Under the pieces are notes generated by a model that worked only from the letters and a program-made list of their open reading frames with translations, ran no database searches and was not told where the DNA came from. DNA of 64,000 nucleotides, from positions 8,744,001 to 8,808,000 of the forward strand of contig CM052816.1 of NCBI GenBank assembly GCA_028534125.1. The letters are read 5' to 3'. This stretch comes from Lama glama (lineage: Eukaryota). This document shows positions 26,541 to 39,557 of the stretch, piece by piece (position 1 is the first letter of the stretch; each line of letters begins with the position of its first letter). The translations under genes and the position numbers were made by a program.

Positions 26541-26689
26541 GACCCTGAATCACCAATATGACTACACATTTGATTGGACAATGTTAAAGCAGAAAGCAGC
26601 ACAGCAGGCAGCCTCTTCAAGTGGGCAGGGTCAGCAGGCCCAAACCCCCACAGGCAAGCAAACTGACAAAACCAAGAGTAACATGAAAG
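26541..26689 (+). CDS. CSNK1A1: CK1-alpha exon 9 (149 nt including the 36-nt 'S' extension 26654-26689): (R)[49 protein letters not shown](G)
   Basis: ttttccag acceptor; distal donor AAG|GTTAGT after 26689; internal donor CAG|GCAAGC after 26653 gives the form lacking the 12-aa S insert. Confidence 0.97.
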
Positions 26690-29600
26690 GTTAGTAGCCA
26701 AGAACCAAGTGACGTTACAGGGGAAAAAAATTGAACACAAAATTGGGTAATTATTCATTTCTAACAGTGTTAGATCGAGGAGGTGGTTTTAAAATACATA
26801 AGAATTTGGCTCTTTGTTTTTAAAAAAAGACGTCCTTGGAAAATTTGACTACTAACTTTAAACCCAAATGTCCTTGTTCATATATATATGTATATGTATT
26901 GTATATACATATATGTGTGTATATTATATCATTTCTCTTGGGATTTTGGGTCATTTTTAACAACTGCATCTTTTTTACTCATTCATTAACCCTTTCCAAA
27001 ATAAACATTTGGTGTTGGGAATATGGTATAATCAATCAATCCAAAATCCTAGACCTAACACTTGTTGATTTTTGATAATGAATCTGGTTAGCCATGGTAT
27101 TTTGACTTTCAGACTAACAGTTTTAAGAATTTTTCTGCATGTTAATGCATTAGCATTTAAAATGGAAAATTGTGAATATGATCTAATTTCAGGAGGTGAG
27201 TCTGGCATTGCCCCCACAGTGTCTATCTTCTCAGTTGCAGAGCACCTCATTTATTCTCTTACATGCTCAAGTAACTGAAAAGCTTGACACATCTTGTCTA
27301 GTCACAAAAATAAACCTCTTTTAGTTGCTATTCAGCTACAGATGTTAATTTCAAAATGATTCTTTTCTTTTGACTTTATTTTTTATATTATGCAAATATT
27401 CAGGGATCCACTGTGGAACTGAATTCTGCAGTTAGTCCTTGCGAATTGTGGGGTTGGGGGCAAACGGGGCAAAGACCATTGAGCTGCTACCTATTTCCTT
27501 TCTTTCTGTCTGTGGCACTCTTAGTGCTACTAAGGAGTAGAATTGTTAGTGCACGGTGCCATTTCTTTCCACTGCTGCCGTACAGTTTGACTCCTGTTAT
27601 TCCTTCGTTTTTCTTTTCCCCCTTCTGGGGCTTACCTCCTGATACCTGCCTGCCTCCTGGAAGTGGTGGGCAGGTACGGTTTGTTTTTTGTTTCTAGTTA
27701 CTTAATTTCTGAATGACTGCTCTAGTCTGAACTTTTTGGTCCATGTTCTTAGTATTGAATTTTTAAAATTCTGTTATTTAAAAAGAGACTCTAATCTCAG
27801 GATACTTTTCAAGAAATGTAATTAACTGATGTCATCCTCATCCCAGCAGCTCATCCATTAGGAATGAAGTTGAGATATCATGTTTCTGTATTTGGGAAGG
27901 ATTCACTGTTGAAGGTTTAATGTAGTGGGGTTCTTAGATGATGAAATTTGAGCTCAGGATAGCAAACACTAATGTTTGCCCAGTGTTCTGCCTCTGCATC
28001 ATAGCTGGGACGTAATTGTCTCTTCTGAGTGTTTTAATCATTGTGCAACTAATCCTAGTATCAACAAGTTCTTAATGAGGTAGGTAGCTAGTATTGCTGA
28101 GAAATGATCCTACCGTTTAGGTAAGACCACATAGAGTCTCAAAACTGAGAACTTACTACACTTGACATCTACAGTGTATTTGCTTTTTCTCACAAAATGA
28201 AACCAATTTTTTCCTAAAGCTGACTGGGATAATAGGATCATCACAAGTTACAGTTTCTGGAACTGAAAATTAGATTGAAATCTAATCTGACCTAGAATAT
28301 TTTACTTCAGGCATTCGGCAGCCTTCAGAAAAAATTACCTTGTTTTGAGCTAGTTCCATTGTTAGTTTACTGTGTGTGTTTTACTCAATAAACAAGCAGA
28401 ATTTTTGTCCTGCCTTATCCAGGTCTTAAAGATGAGAAGTTGGATCCACTGAGTTAGTATGTTTCCTTGGAAGAAACTGTAATTAAACTTAAGTTTAATC
28501 CTTCTTTTGTATTGTAGTTATTTTTCATAAAAGCAACTTAAAATCTTACAAAAAATTTATAGCATTATTAGATACAAGAGTTATACAAATTATCACATAA
28601 ACACAGACTTGTAACATTTTGAAGAATTAGATTTTTCATAAACATACTACATATTATTTACTTTCAGAAATGCATTTCTAAGTGCTGTGTTTTGACTCCA
28701 AACAAAGTATTGCTTGCTATTAAAACTTGCCACTCCACAGAATACAAACAACAAAATTTTAATCTGACTTGTTTTATTTTGGACATAGAACTTAGCGCCC
28801 TAAACAAAACTTACACAAAATCCACCATATATAAAGCCATGAAAGCATAGCAGGTTTGAGGGTGGCAGAAAAAAAAATAGTACATTTTTCTAGGTAAGAT
28901 TTTAGAAGTGCTTTTAAAATACATCATATGATTTGTTATTTGCAAGTTATACTTTCAGGGGCTTCCACATCAGAGAATTCAGTTTCTTAGAAGAATCTTC
29001 AGAGGGTAGATCTCTATAATTTGCAGGAACATCAGTTCCTGAGGGGAAATCATTTCCCTCAATAGTGACATTTACTAATATGTTTTATAAGATTTTTGGG
29101 GGGGAAATCTATATACCTGATGTTTCTTCCATGAAAAGCTATAAATTGTCTTAACAGTTTGCAAGAATGTGCAAAGACTTTAAAGTCCAACTTGTCCAGC
29201 TTAGATGGGCTTCTTACATGTAATAGACTTCTGTTTACTTTTCTCAAGACAAGATCTTTTGAAATATTCCATTCTGAAGCCCATCAAAAGACTAAGGAAC
29301 AAGACATCACTCCTAATGCCCACCATCATCAGTACTATATTTAAGTGTTCAGGTACCACAAGACTAATTACTGTTTTTATACACATTAAAGGGAAATATT
29401 AAAGTTTTACATCTGATACTTCCAAATGCATTTTCACTTTCTTTTGTTCAACTGTATGTGATTATCTGGAGGTACTTTTCAAGAAATTTAAGAAGTAGTA
29501 AAGGAAATATTTTTAGGATACTTAGAATCCATTTAAGTTCACCATTTCTTTAGTTGAGTGTGGCAGAGATGGGGAGAATTTCAGAAGGTAGTAGAGCCAA

Positions 29601-31526
29601 AGTTGGATCTTCACATGATTCTATTCTCAGCATCTCAACCCATCTGTTCACTATTTCAGCCATCAGTACTAAGCATAGATGTATCATAATATACATGGAT
29701 GTCAAGTTATTGGCATTTAATAGATTAGAAGTATTTTTCCATCACATTATCCTACCATGTCCATGGTCTTCCTTGAATTACCTTCCAGTGTTTACTGGGC
29801 TTCACCTACCATTTATGTCTAGCTTAACTTTTTCTGGCTTCACCAATTGCTGCTAGGATCGTGGCTGGTCATTCAGCAATGTAACCCAAATCACAGGGGA
29901 AGACCTTGAAATATCTGGAGAGACTGATCTGCTCTGAATACTCTCAATCCAAAGAAGTGCCAGGGAGCTGCATCTGCTTGCTGAAATTTTTGTCAGCTTT
30001 TTTTCACTGTGGACAATAAAGCTGGAGAGAAAAGAACCAAATAACCCAACAGGAAATGAAGATGGGCTCAAGAGTTGATTTGTGGTCATCTGAAGCCCAC
30101 ATATCCAAGGCTTGCTGGACCTATCAGACTTTTCGACTTGTCAGATTAACAACAACCATCAGAAGACCTAGAAGAGTACAGTGTTGCTGTGACTCTGGTG
30201 TATAATGCAGACCATCTACCAGTTGGGGAAGGAATCATTTGTAACAGGTATTTTAAAATTGAACAACCTCAGAAATCTGTAGCAGGATGTATTCTGTAAA
30301 AGGGAAGACAAAAGAAACCAGATCATCAGTCTATTTTTAATGCAGTTTAGAGATGATGTGTACCCGCTGTACTTAAATTGTCATTAATCTTATTTGTAAA
30401 AATAAAATCTCTTTCCTTTATCTTTTCCCAACTTGATACATTTTTAGTTACTGTGGAAAAGGAAGAGTTAGTCTAGTTTTTTTGTTTTTCATCAACATTT
30501 ATACTGCCCACCTGATTCAAAATTCTCCAAGCTTGATTCTGATTCTATGCAACCAAAAAAAAAAAACCACACTAGCATATTATAGGAAAACTTACTTAAT
30601 ATAAATGGCATTGCATAGTGAATGTGAGTATTAGTCAAAATTAATTTCTAAAAGTTAATGCCTTATATTGTGCAAAAGAGCCTAAATTTTAAAAGTCCAT
30701 CACAGACTTTCCAGCTTTACTTTGTGTAAATATCTCTGTGAACGAGTTTGTGGTTCTATTGAAAAGAATCAAATTCGTCTGAAGTTAATTCACAAATAGG
30801 AGCAGATGCATACTTTACAGATTTCAGATTGAGGGATAGAATCTCCAGGTTAGTTGTATGAAAATAAACGTTTCTTTTCTTTTTGCAGATTTGAAAAGAA
30901 ACTTAAATGTAGCTATTAACTCCTAAATTTGTCACATTAATCCTCCAACCCTGTTTTAACTTTTTCCCCCTCTCTTTTTTAGGAACAAAAGGAGTCATTC
31001 CTTATTTTAACTGTTGCGGTGAAGATGGGTTTTTGGACTTTTAGAAGCCAGGAGACACCACCTGAACTACAAGACAAGCCAAGGACTGATGCACACTGGA
31101 GAAGAGAATGCTTAGTACTTGAAGATTGAATACTGAATACCTGCTGAATGCTTCTATTGAGATTTTTCTTAAACATCAGTAACATTTTAGGACTGATTCA
31201 TTGGAGATACACTGATCTCTGGGTGGAGTATCCTACCATTGGCCAATCTGAAGAGTTAATTCTGGATTTGACGCTCTTCTCTACGAGGAATATTGTTAGG
31301 CTAGCTTTTAATGAGCCCCTAAACAACTGTAATCATTAATTGACCCAATAGTTCTTCAAGTATCAGATTAAAAGATGAACAGATATAATTCTTACCTAGA
31401 TAAAACTTTTATCCATATTAAAGACAAAAGTTTTCTAATATTTAACTGAAAATGTAACATGTTTTCTTTTAGTTTGTTAATGACAGTGGTTTCCATTTTA
31501 AAGCTGTTTGGATATTCAATATAGTA

Positions 31527-31920
31527 CAAGTTTCCCCTGCTATCTGAAAATAGAGCATTCCAGTGAAATTTTTTGTAAGCTAAAATGCTGTAAAGTGAAG
31601 AAATAATTACCTTAGGATACCTCTTGCCAATAAATCAAGGTAACGCACAGATGCTCACAGACACTGTTCCAAGCTGTGGGTCCCTTGAGGCTGAGGGTAT
31701 TTCCCAGGGAAGGAACTTGGCAGTGCCACTCACTACTCAGGGCACATGCTACCTCTGTAATGACTTGCTATAAAACACTGAACACTATGTTCGTTTTTTA
31801 CTTTCTTTCGTAAAATCAAGTATCCTTTGGATTTCCAGTTAGTGAAACAGGTAATAATGTAGGTCTTTTGTATAAAGTGAAGTGGGATAAGGTGAAATTT
31901 TGACAAGTAGGAGATATCTG
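31527..31920. mobile_element. Non-autonomous TcMar/Tigger-type element in the last CSNK1A1 intron
   Basis: TA-flanked, imperfect TIRs caagtttcccctgctatctgaaaat / attttgacaagtaggagatatctg. Confidence 0.65.
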
Positions 31921-33643
31921 TAATTAAATAATTCAGTATAATGTATAAGAAAGCTATGGGAAAAGAAAGTCCAAGAGTTTAAGAGTTGTGAAAACATTCT
32001 TACGTGTGTGCGTGTGTGTGTATATAATACATATATGTATAAGTTATTCTTATGTGCAGTACTTGGAACCAATTGCTCATTGGGATAAAGTCATTGTTAT
32101 TTAGCTAATCCATAGTTTTAATTTGTTTTAAAATACTCTTGTATCTTAACATTGGAACTAAGTTGTAGGATATGGTTAGATTTTTAAATTTTAATTCAGG
32201 TTGATTTGACAATCTCTTTGTGCTTGTGTTGTTAATCCTATTTAATAATATGCATCAAATAGGTAATATTCCTGTGGTAAAGTACATTTTCAGAAAATTT
32301 CATTATCTTTCATTTTTGGCCTTTGCTTTACTTGGTCAGGCAACAAAGATCTATTTTGCATCTACCCTGTTAGGCACTATGGAGAGATAGAGAAGTTCGA
32401 TACTCACATCTTTGTTCTCGAGGCTTGTCACACTATATTTTCTAAATAAACAAAGATGACTTTCTGCCCTTAAATGAAAAACCTCCTAGTTAACAAGTGG
32501 GAGAATATTTACCAAGAAATGATCTGTAATTGTTTGGTATTATCTTTGAAAAAACCAAGGCATAAATGCTTGAGAAGTAAATTACAGAAGTATTTTTCCC
32601 ACAAAGCACGTTGGAGATAGTCTGGCAAATGTTGAAGTACAAGAAAAGAAGCATCTTCTGATTGACAAAAACGTGGTTTGTGCAAAAGGAAGTGAGCAAT
32701 CAGAGTGGGCTAAAATGAGCTGTAAATTAGGTTGGCTTTAAGAGAAGGGGTTGGACCTAGGGGCATTGAAACCTTAAAGAAGGACTGTAGGTGAGAGATG
32801 TTGATGAGATTTTCAGGATATTGAGAGACAGGCATATTTTCTCTACCTTTAGCCACAGATAAAGCTTGTAGTTAATAGAGAGTCATATTTTCTCTGATTG
32901 CCTTTAGCTGTGGATAGAACATGCAGCCATTATTTATCTGAAGCAGACTTGTACTCAAACCTGCCCTTATGTGGAAACCCTAAGGTCTAATTTGTGGGAA
33001 AGGTGTGTTTATAAGGGGGAAGCTTGAAGAAAATCCCAAAAAACCTCACTTGTTTACATTTTTGAATCAGTGATAAAACCTAGTCTTTTTAATATAACTG
33101 AGAGAAGTAAAGAATTTTTAAAGATCTAAGGTTTCTGTGTAGAAATCTTATCAGATGTGTGTTCAGTGGAATAACTCGATAATTATGCCTTGAATACATT
33201 TATTACTAAAGTCTATTGTTCCTCATTTGTATTAGAAATAATGTACAGAAAATTTCCTGTTCATGGTATATTTAAAACTGTCCTTTCTAGTTGATAAAGT
33301 AATTTTATTTTTTATTTGAGAAATATTTGAACACATAATGTGTTCTAGGTTCTAGAAATACAGAAGTAAACCAAACAGGCTCATTGGAATTACCTATAGT
33401 TCTCTACCTTGAGAATTGTATGCTGGACTGGAAGGCTTTAGTTCACGGTACACTACTCCTGTCTAGAAGCATCTAGAACAGAAAAGTTTCTTGTTTATAA
33501 AAATTGACCTAGTGATTTTCAAGCAGATAAAAATAACATGAGTTGTCATTCTTAAAGTAATTTTCCTACTTTAGGTGTGGTTGAGGAAATTTTTTAAGTT
33601 GGAGTTTTAACATTCTCTTTTCTGTTTTAATTTTTTTAAATAG

Positions 33644-33651
33644 GTTTCTAA
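33644..33651 (+). CDS. CSNK1A1: CK1-alpha terminal exon 10, coding part: (G)F-stop
   Basis: Long T-rich tract + TAG acceptor ending 33643, then GT TTC TAA completes the known ...GF* C-terminus from either exon 9 donor. Confidence 0.95.
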
Positions 33652-34170
33652 GCATGAATCGAGGAACAGAAGAAGCAGAGCAGATGATCGGAGCAGCATT
33701 TGTTTCTCCCCAAATCTAGAAATTTTAGTTCATATGTACACTAGCCAGTGGTTGTGGACAACCATTTACTTGGTGTAAAGAACTTAATTTCAGTATAAAC
33801 TGGCTCTGGGCAGCATTGGTGATGCTGTGTCCTGAGTTGTAGCCGCTGTAATTGTGAATATTAACTGAGATAGTGAAACATGGTGTCCAGTTTTCTATTG
33901 CATTTTTTCAAGTGGAAAAGTAAACTAAATGGTTGACACACAAATTGGTGGAGAAATTGTGCATATGCCAATTTTTTGTTAAAATCTTTTGTTTTGAACT
34001 ATACTGCTTTGAGATCTCCTTTCAGAAGAACGGCATGAACAGTCTTCAGCCACAGTTGTGATGGTTGTAAATGCTCACAATTGTGTGTTCTTAGGGTTTA
34101 TCCATCCTGGGGTTTGCAAGTTGTTCACTTAAAACATTCTTAAAATGGTTGGCTTCTTGTTTGCAAGCCA

Positions 34171-34670
34171 NNNNNNNNNNNNNNNNNNNNNNNNNNNNNN
34201 NNNNNNNNNNNNNNNNNNNNNNNNNNNNNNNNNNNNNNNNNNNNNNNNNNNNNNNNNNNNNNNNNNNNNNNNNNNNNNNNNNNNNNNNNNNNNNNNNNNN
34301 NNNNNNNNNNNNNNNNNNNNNNNNNNNNNNNNNNNNNNNNNNNNNNNNNNNNNNNNNNNNNNNNNNNNNNNNNNNNNNNNNNNNNNNNNNNNNNNNNNNN
34401 NNNNNNNNNNNNNNNNNNNNNNNNNNNNNNNNNNNNNNNNNNNNNNNNNNNNNNNNNNNNNNNNNNNNNNNNNNNNNNNNNNNNNNNNNNNNNNNNNNNN
34501 NNNNNNNNNNNNNNNNNNNNNNNNNNNNNNNNNNNNNNNNNNNNNNNNNNNNNNNNNNNNNNNNNNNNNNNNNNNNNNNNNNNNNNNNNNNNNNNNNNNN
34601 NNNNNNNNNNNNNNNNNNNNNNNNNNNNNNNNNNNNNNNNNNNNNNNNNNNNNNNNNNNNNNNNNNNNNN
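34171..34670. other. Assembly gap (500 N), probably a false gap
   Basis: 34139-34170 and 34671-34702 are the identical 32-mer cttaaaatggttggcttcttgtttgcaagcca. Confidence 0.95.
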
Positions 34671-35023
34671 CTTAAAATGGTTGGCTTCTTGTTTGCAAGC
34701 CAGCTGATATGGTAGCAACCAAAGATTCCAGTGTTTGAGCATATGAAAGACTCTGCCTGCTTACCTGTGCTAGAAATAACAGCATCTAAAGTGAAGACTT
34801 AAGAAAAATTTAGTGACTACTAGATTATCCTTAGGACTCTGCATTAACTCTATAATGTTCTTGGTATTAAAAAAAAAAAGCATATTTGTCACAGAAATTT
34901 AGTTAACATCTTACAACTGAACATGTATGTATGTTGCTTAGATAAATGTAATCACTGTAAACATCTATATGATCTGGGATTTTGTTTTTATTTTGAAATG
35001 GGAGCTTTTTTGTTTACAGGTTC

Positions 35024-35029
35024 ATTAAA
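35024..35029 (+). terminator. Proximal poly(A) signal ATTAAA
   Basis: Preceded by several TGTA (CFIm) motifs at 34924-34959 and followed by a T-rich tract near 35061. Confidence 0.6.
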
Positions 35030-38000
35030 AACTAAAAACTGTTTCTGTAAGGAAATGAGATTTTTTTTAAAAACAACAAAAAAAATGCCTTGCTGACTCA
35101 CAAATCAAAATCTCCCTAATTTTTTAATAGACTACTTCAAGCCATTTGTTACATAGTATTTCTTTGCAAATCATTTTAGATTTAGTGTTACAACTTTTCC
35201 TCGGATTTTTTTATTTAAAAAAATTTTTTTTTTCCTGTAGGGGAAAGGCATTCTGTCATTTTTCTTTTTTTAATGACTTACAGACACAGTACTCACTGCT
35301 GCGGCTGCAACTGCCAGGACTTGGTCGCTAGCCAGTACTTGGTATTGTAACTCTTGCAGCCTCAGGCTAACAAACAGCTGGACTGATTTTGAATAAGAAT
35401 GAAAGCGTTAAAGGGTTTAACTATAAAGTGAAGCTTTTCTTTAAATTTCTTGTTAATTGGCTTTGAGCAGATAGACTCCTAACCTTGGAGAGCATTACAC
35501 CATGTGAGGTTCATGTGATTGCTGACCCTCCCTGGCCCTTACCCATTTCTATAAGTTATCTGCACTTCCTCTCTCAATTTTATATGCAGCTCTTTTCTCT
35601 TTCTGACCCAAGAGAAAGAAAAACTTAATTCTTTAGTGTAATTTATTCATTTATAGCATGTCACGATAAATTAAAAGAACTTTTGTCTGAAAATGCTGCC
35701 GCCAGGAGCCTATCGTGTAAATGTAGATATTTTATAAAATAACCTTGAAACTGTAAATTGACACGTTTGGTCAGATTGTCAGTTTTAATTTGTTTTTTTG
35801 TTGATTTTTTTGAAAACTACATTAGCAATAATTCATTAAATGGTTACCACATTCTGCCATTAACGGATATATTAGCACCATCATACTGCAGAAATCCTAG
35901 TGAGTATGAACTTTGGGGTAGGCAGCTTCTTTGTTTCCTTTCTATCCACCCATGTCAGTTAAGGTATTTGTTTCTTTGACTAATAAACCCTTTGATACTT
36001 TTAGCCAGAAATCAGTCTCATAAAGCTATTTTTGAGTATAGTTTGTGTAAAATAAAAATGTTTAGCTCTGGTAATAACTTTTCCAAGCTGAACTCCCTCT
36101 AGCAAGATATTTTTCAGTGCTTTTATTTACTATGCACTTAGACTATGCACTTTTTCTGAAATATTTTTGTAACACTTAACTTTTTTGTATTTTTGCCATT
36201 TGAAAAGGTTGTGGTGTAGTTGGTCTGTAATTAAGTTGCAGATTTAAAACTGCTGTTAGCTTTGTAAATCAAAATAATAGGTGTTTTTGTCCTGGTATAT
36301 TGTCATTCCATCTGCAGCTGGAGCTGGAATCCCAATGATCTTCTAGCTACCATTCATTTTCTTCACAGTTCACAAAAGAAGAATGTGAAATTCGGTGAAT
36401 GCTGTTACTAATCCTGTCGGGAGATGAATCTCATTTCACCAAAATTAAATTATGTTTTTCCAGTAAAATGATGATACAAGTTGAAGACACATCACTCTGA
36501 AATTTGGAAGACCTCACCACTTAAGGCTCCACAGTGGCTTACTCAGCTGAACTCTAGGTTACTACTCTTTACTTTGTTCACCCATTGGGGGGTGCAGTTT
36601 TTTTAAATGTTGGGAGATGGCCATTCTAACTACTGTTGAATGTCTCTGTTTTGGGAAGGTATAACAAGAAAATAAAAAAGAATATATATGAAGGGAGAGA
36701 CTGGTTATCTCCTCCCATACGGTTGTGCTCATGCTCCTATGACCTACAAAGTGGAATTTTGGAGGGTTGCTTTTACTGTTATTTTCCATCAACAAGTATT
36801 ACAAGATTTTCCTACTTTTACTAATCCTTCCAATACTATTAAATGTTTTGAGCAGGTTATCCTTTAATAATTACAAGCTTAATTCCATTATTATAATAAC
36901 TAGCAAAAGGATTTTAGAATCCAAGCCAGTGACTGAGCTAGTTTTCCCTAACATTTGCTGAAATACCGAGAATAAGTTCTTGTAACTTGACTACAGTGAA
37001 CCATGGGAATTTTAAGAGGGGGTGGCCTAGGTATTTTCAGCTTCTAAAAATTCAACAGTAGTCTGAGGCAGTTGATACCAAGCCAGACTGATACTTAGTG
37101 GTATTTTTGTTTTTCTCGTCGGTTTCTAAATATTGATAACCATGTGACTAATGGGTGAATAGGTCTATGTGAGGTATAGTAAAATGTTACAAGCAACTAT
37201 AAGAATTTATGTATCTCAGATGTGCTGTCTCCTTTAAAGGGAGATTTTGTGAGACTATAACCATGTTACCATTGCTCACAATATTTTGAGGATCTCCTCC
37301 CTCAAAAAAAAGTACACTCCCTCTACTGCTCCTTCAGGAGTAGAAGTTTATTTATTGACAAACTTTTAGTGTGTTGCTAACCATTGAAATGGCCAGAGAT
37401 GTCAGTGAGTCAAGTGTAACAGTAATGAGGTTGTGCATTCTGTATTTAATCGTCAGACAGTATATTGTTGAAGTGAAATGATTTGTTTTCTCAAACGACC
37501 TGTTAGGTCAGTTTTCAGGACATACACGATTATGTAGTGAAAATGTTGAGCAATTTCAGAGCTGCTAGAGAAGCTAGCTGCCCCAAGAGAGGTTTCAAGT
37601 TGTTGGTCAAATACATTGTGTCTGTTGGTTGAGGCTATTGAACCCAAGGTGGCTAGAATTCTACAATGAAGGTGTGGCAAGTTGGAGAGGCCCGGAAATT
37701 CACACAGTTCAGTTGTTTGGTCTCTGTTCCTTTTCATCTTGATGGGGTGAGTTGGTTTGTTACACCTGTTACCAAATCAGATCCCTTAAAATTTTTTTTG
37801 AGGAACTCCTACCTACTGCCTTTCATGTGCATCCATCTGGATTGAAATTAAGAAATGTTTGTAATATTAGTGATTATTTTTAGTATGGGAGCAATGTTGA
37901 GTTACTTGGTGTCAATACCACCCAAAACCTGAGTGAAAGCACCCGACTCAGATGACTTCTGCATGAGTAGATGAGTAGAATGGAGGTGGAGAAAGTCTGT

Positions 38001-39096
38001 AGGAGACCAATAGGTCCATGTCCTTCATCGTGAGGAGGCCAACAAGGGCATATAAATCAGTTATTTTAAAGTCAGTTTTTCTATTTAATCTGGCCTATTT
38101 ATCACTCCAGTCATGTACACTTTTCATAGGTAAATATTTGTGTATGGACAAGTTTGAAGAAAGGATTTTAACTATTTTAACATCACAATGTGCATTCCAG
38201 CTTGACTTGATTGTCAGGAGCTGCGCCAGCCACAGGGAATTAAAAGGTGACTAAGATAATTCCATGTTAACTCACAGTGCAGTAGAGGAGATCACAATTT
38301 TGTGTCCCAAAGTAACCATTGGTAAAGAATAAGCATTTGGATGCTATGGGAAGACTTAGCAGGGACATCCTCTTGGAGTTGTCTAAGGTTTTTGGAAGAG
38401 TAGGCTAGAAGTCTAAACTAACGTGGGAGCAAATATCTTAACATGAGAGCAGCAAAGGAAAGCTCTGAAATAACAGATGGGTCTAAGTGTGGCAGAGAAT
38501 AAAATAGCTACAGAACCATTGGAAAGAGTGGACAGTATTGGAGGTGCTCTTTGGGAGGATCACAAAGTATTGATTGAGGGATGTATTAGAGGTAGGGAAC
38601 CCATTTAAGCTGTTGTCGGAGACCAGGATCATTCCACAAAAGGAAAAGCATTGTGGAAAACTTGTGACTGAATAAGAGACTAACCTATCCAGAGAGTCCA
38701 AGCAAAGAGATCTTTAGAATCCATTGGAATATAGAATTAAAAGTTGTGAGAGAGGGTTAGATCACCCATTGGTACTGAAAAGAGGACAGAGGGTGAAATC
38801 TGCTGAATATACTTTATTTTGAATGAAAAATACCAGAAGCATTTTATTTCCTGAAGTTGATAAGACTCGGGTTGCATTTTAGGGAAATTTATATGGTTGA
38901 TATCTGAATTTCAGTTCAACATGGTTACCATATCATTTGGAGGAAGTGGAAAAAGATTACCCCATTTTAAAGTACAAGAAAAGTTTAGTGATCCCCTTAT
39001 TCTCTTTACACAGATTAAACAGTTGATTCAACAGTTTGCCCCCTTTACTGTATGTACATTTACTCTTTAAAGCCATTTGAGAATCATGGCCTTTTA

Positions 39097-39238
39097 AAAT
39101 ATATATATATTTTTTTGTTTTGGGTGGAGGTAATTAGGTTTACTTATTTGCTTATTTGTTTTAATGGAGGTACTGGGGATTGAACCCAGGACCTGCGTGC
39201 TAAGCGTGCACTCTACCAATAAGCTATATGCTCCTCCC
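39097..39238 (-). mobile_element. Vic-1 type SINE with 19-bp TSD
   Basis: Same head as the other copies; TSD tgagaatcatggcctttta (39078-39096) / tgagaatcataacctttta (39239-39257). Confidence 0.9.
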
Positions 39239-39557
39239 TGAGAATCATAACCTTTTACACCTAAGTATTTTAGTGTAGGTTTCCTAAGAATTAAGACATG
39301 CTCTTAATATCAACCATTATGCAATTATCAAAATCGGAAATTTTAATATTGACCTGACTTTCTAGTTCTAGTTCAGTTTCATCAGTTAGCCTAATGTCTT
39401 TCATAACATTTTTTTTCAAGCTCTGTCACAGATCCAAAACAAGGGTCATTTATTGTTCTTTGTTTCTGTGTAGTGTCCTGTAGTTTGAAACAGTTCTTCA
39501 CCCTTTGTCTTTCATAACACGTGTCTGTGTCCGTGTAACGTTTTATTTACTTCCCAA

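Larger units (their letters stand above)
33652..36700 (+). other. CSNK1A1: CSNK1A1 3'UTR with tandem polyadenylation (distal end approximate)
   Basis: Follows the stop codon; AU-rich, no recognisable TE; poly(A) hexamers at 35024 (ATTAAA), 35982, 36051 and 36671 (AATAAA). Confidence 0.75.

Noticed and set aside
29554..30089. Possible processed pseudogene or hidden ORFs in the last intron
   Set aside because: No recognisable protein similarity, poly(A) tail or TSD; the candidate splice sites are mediocre.
30821..30848. Microexon ending in CAG|GTTAGT
   Set aside because: Weak acceptors; products are an immediate stop or a frameshift with no further support.
34140..34742. Three long ORFs made of X residues
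   Set aside because: Artefacts of translating through the N gap.
34866..34879. ATTAAA followed by an A-run as a poly(A) site
   Set aside because: Genomic A-run prone to internal priming; the signal at 35024 has better context.
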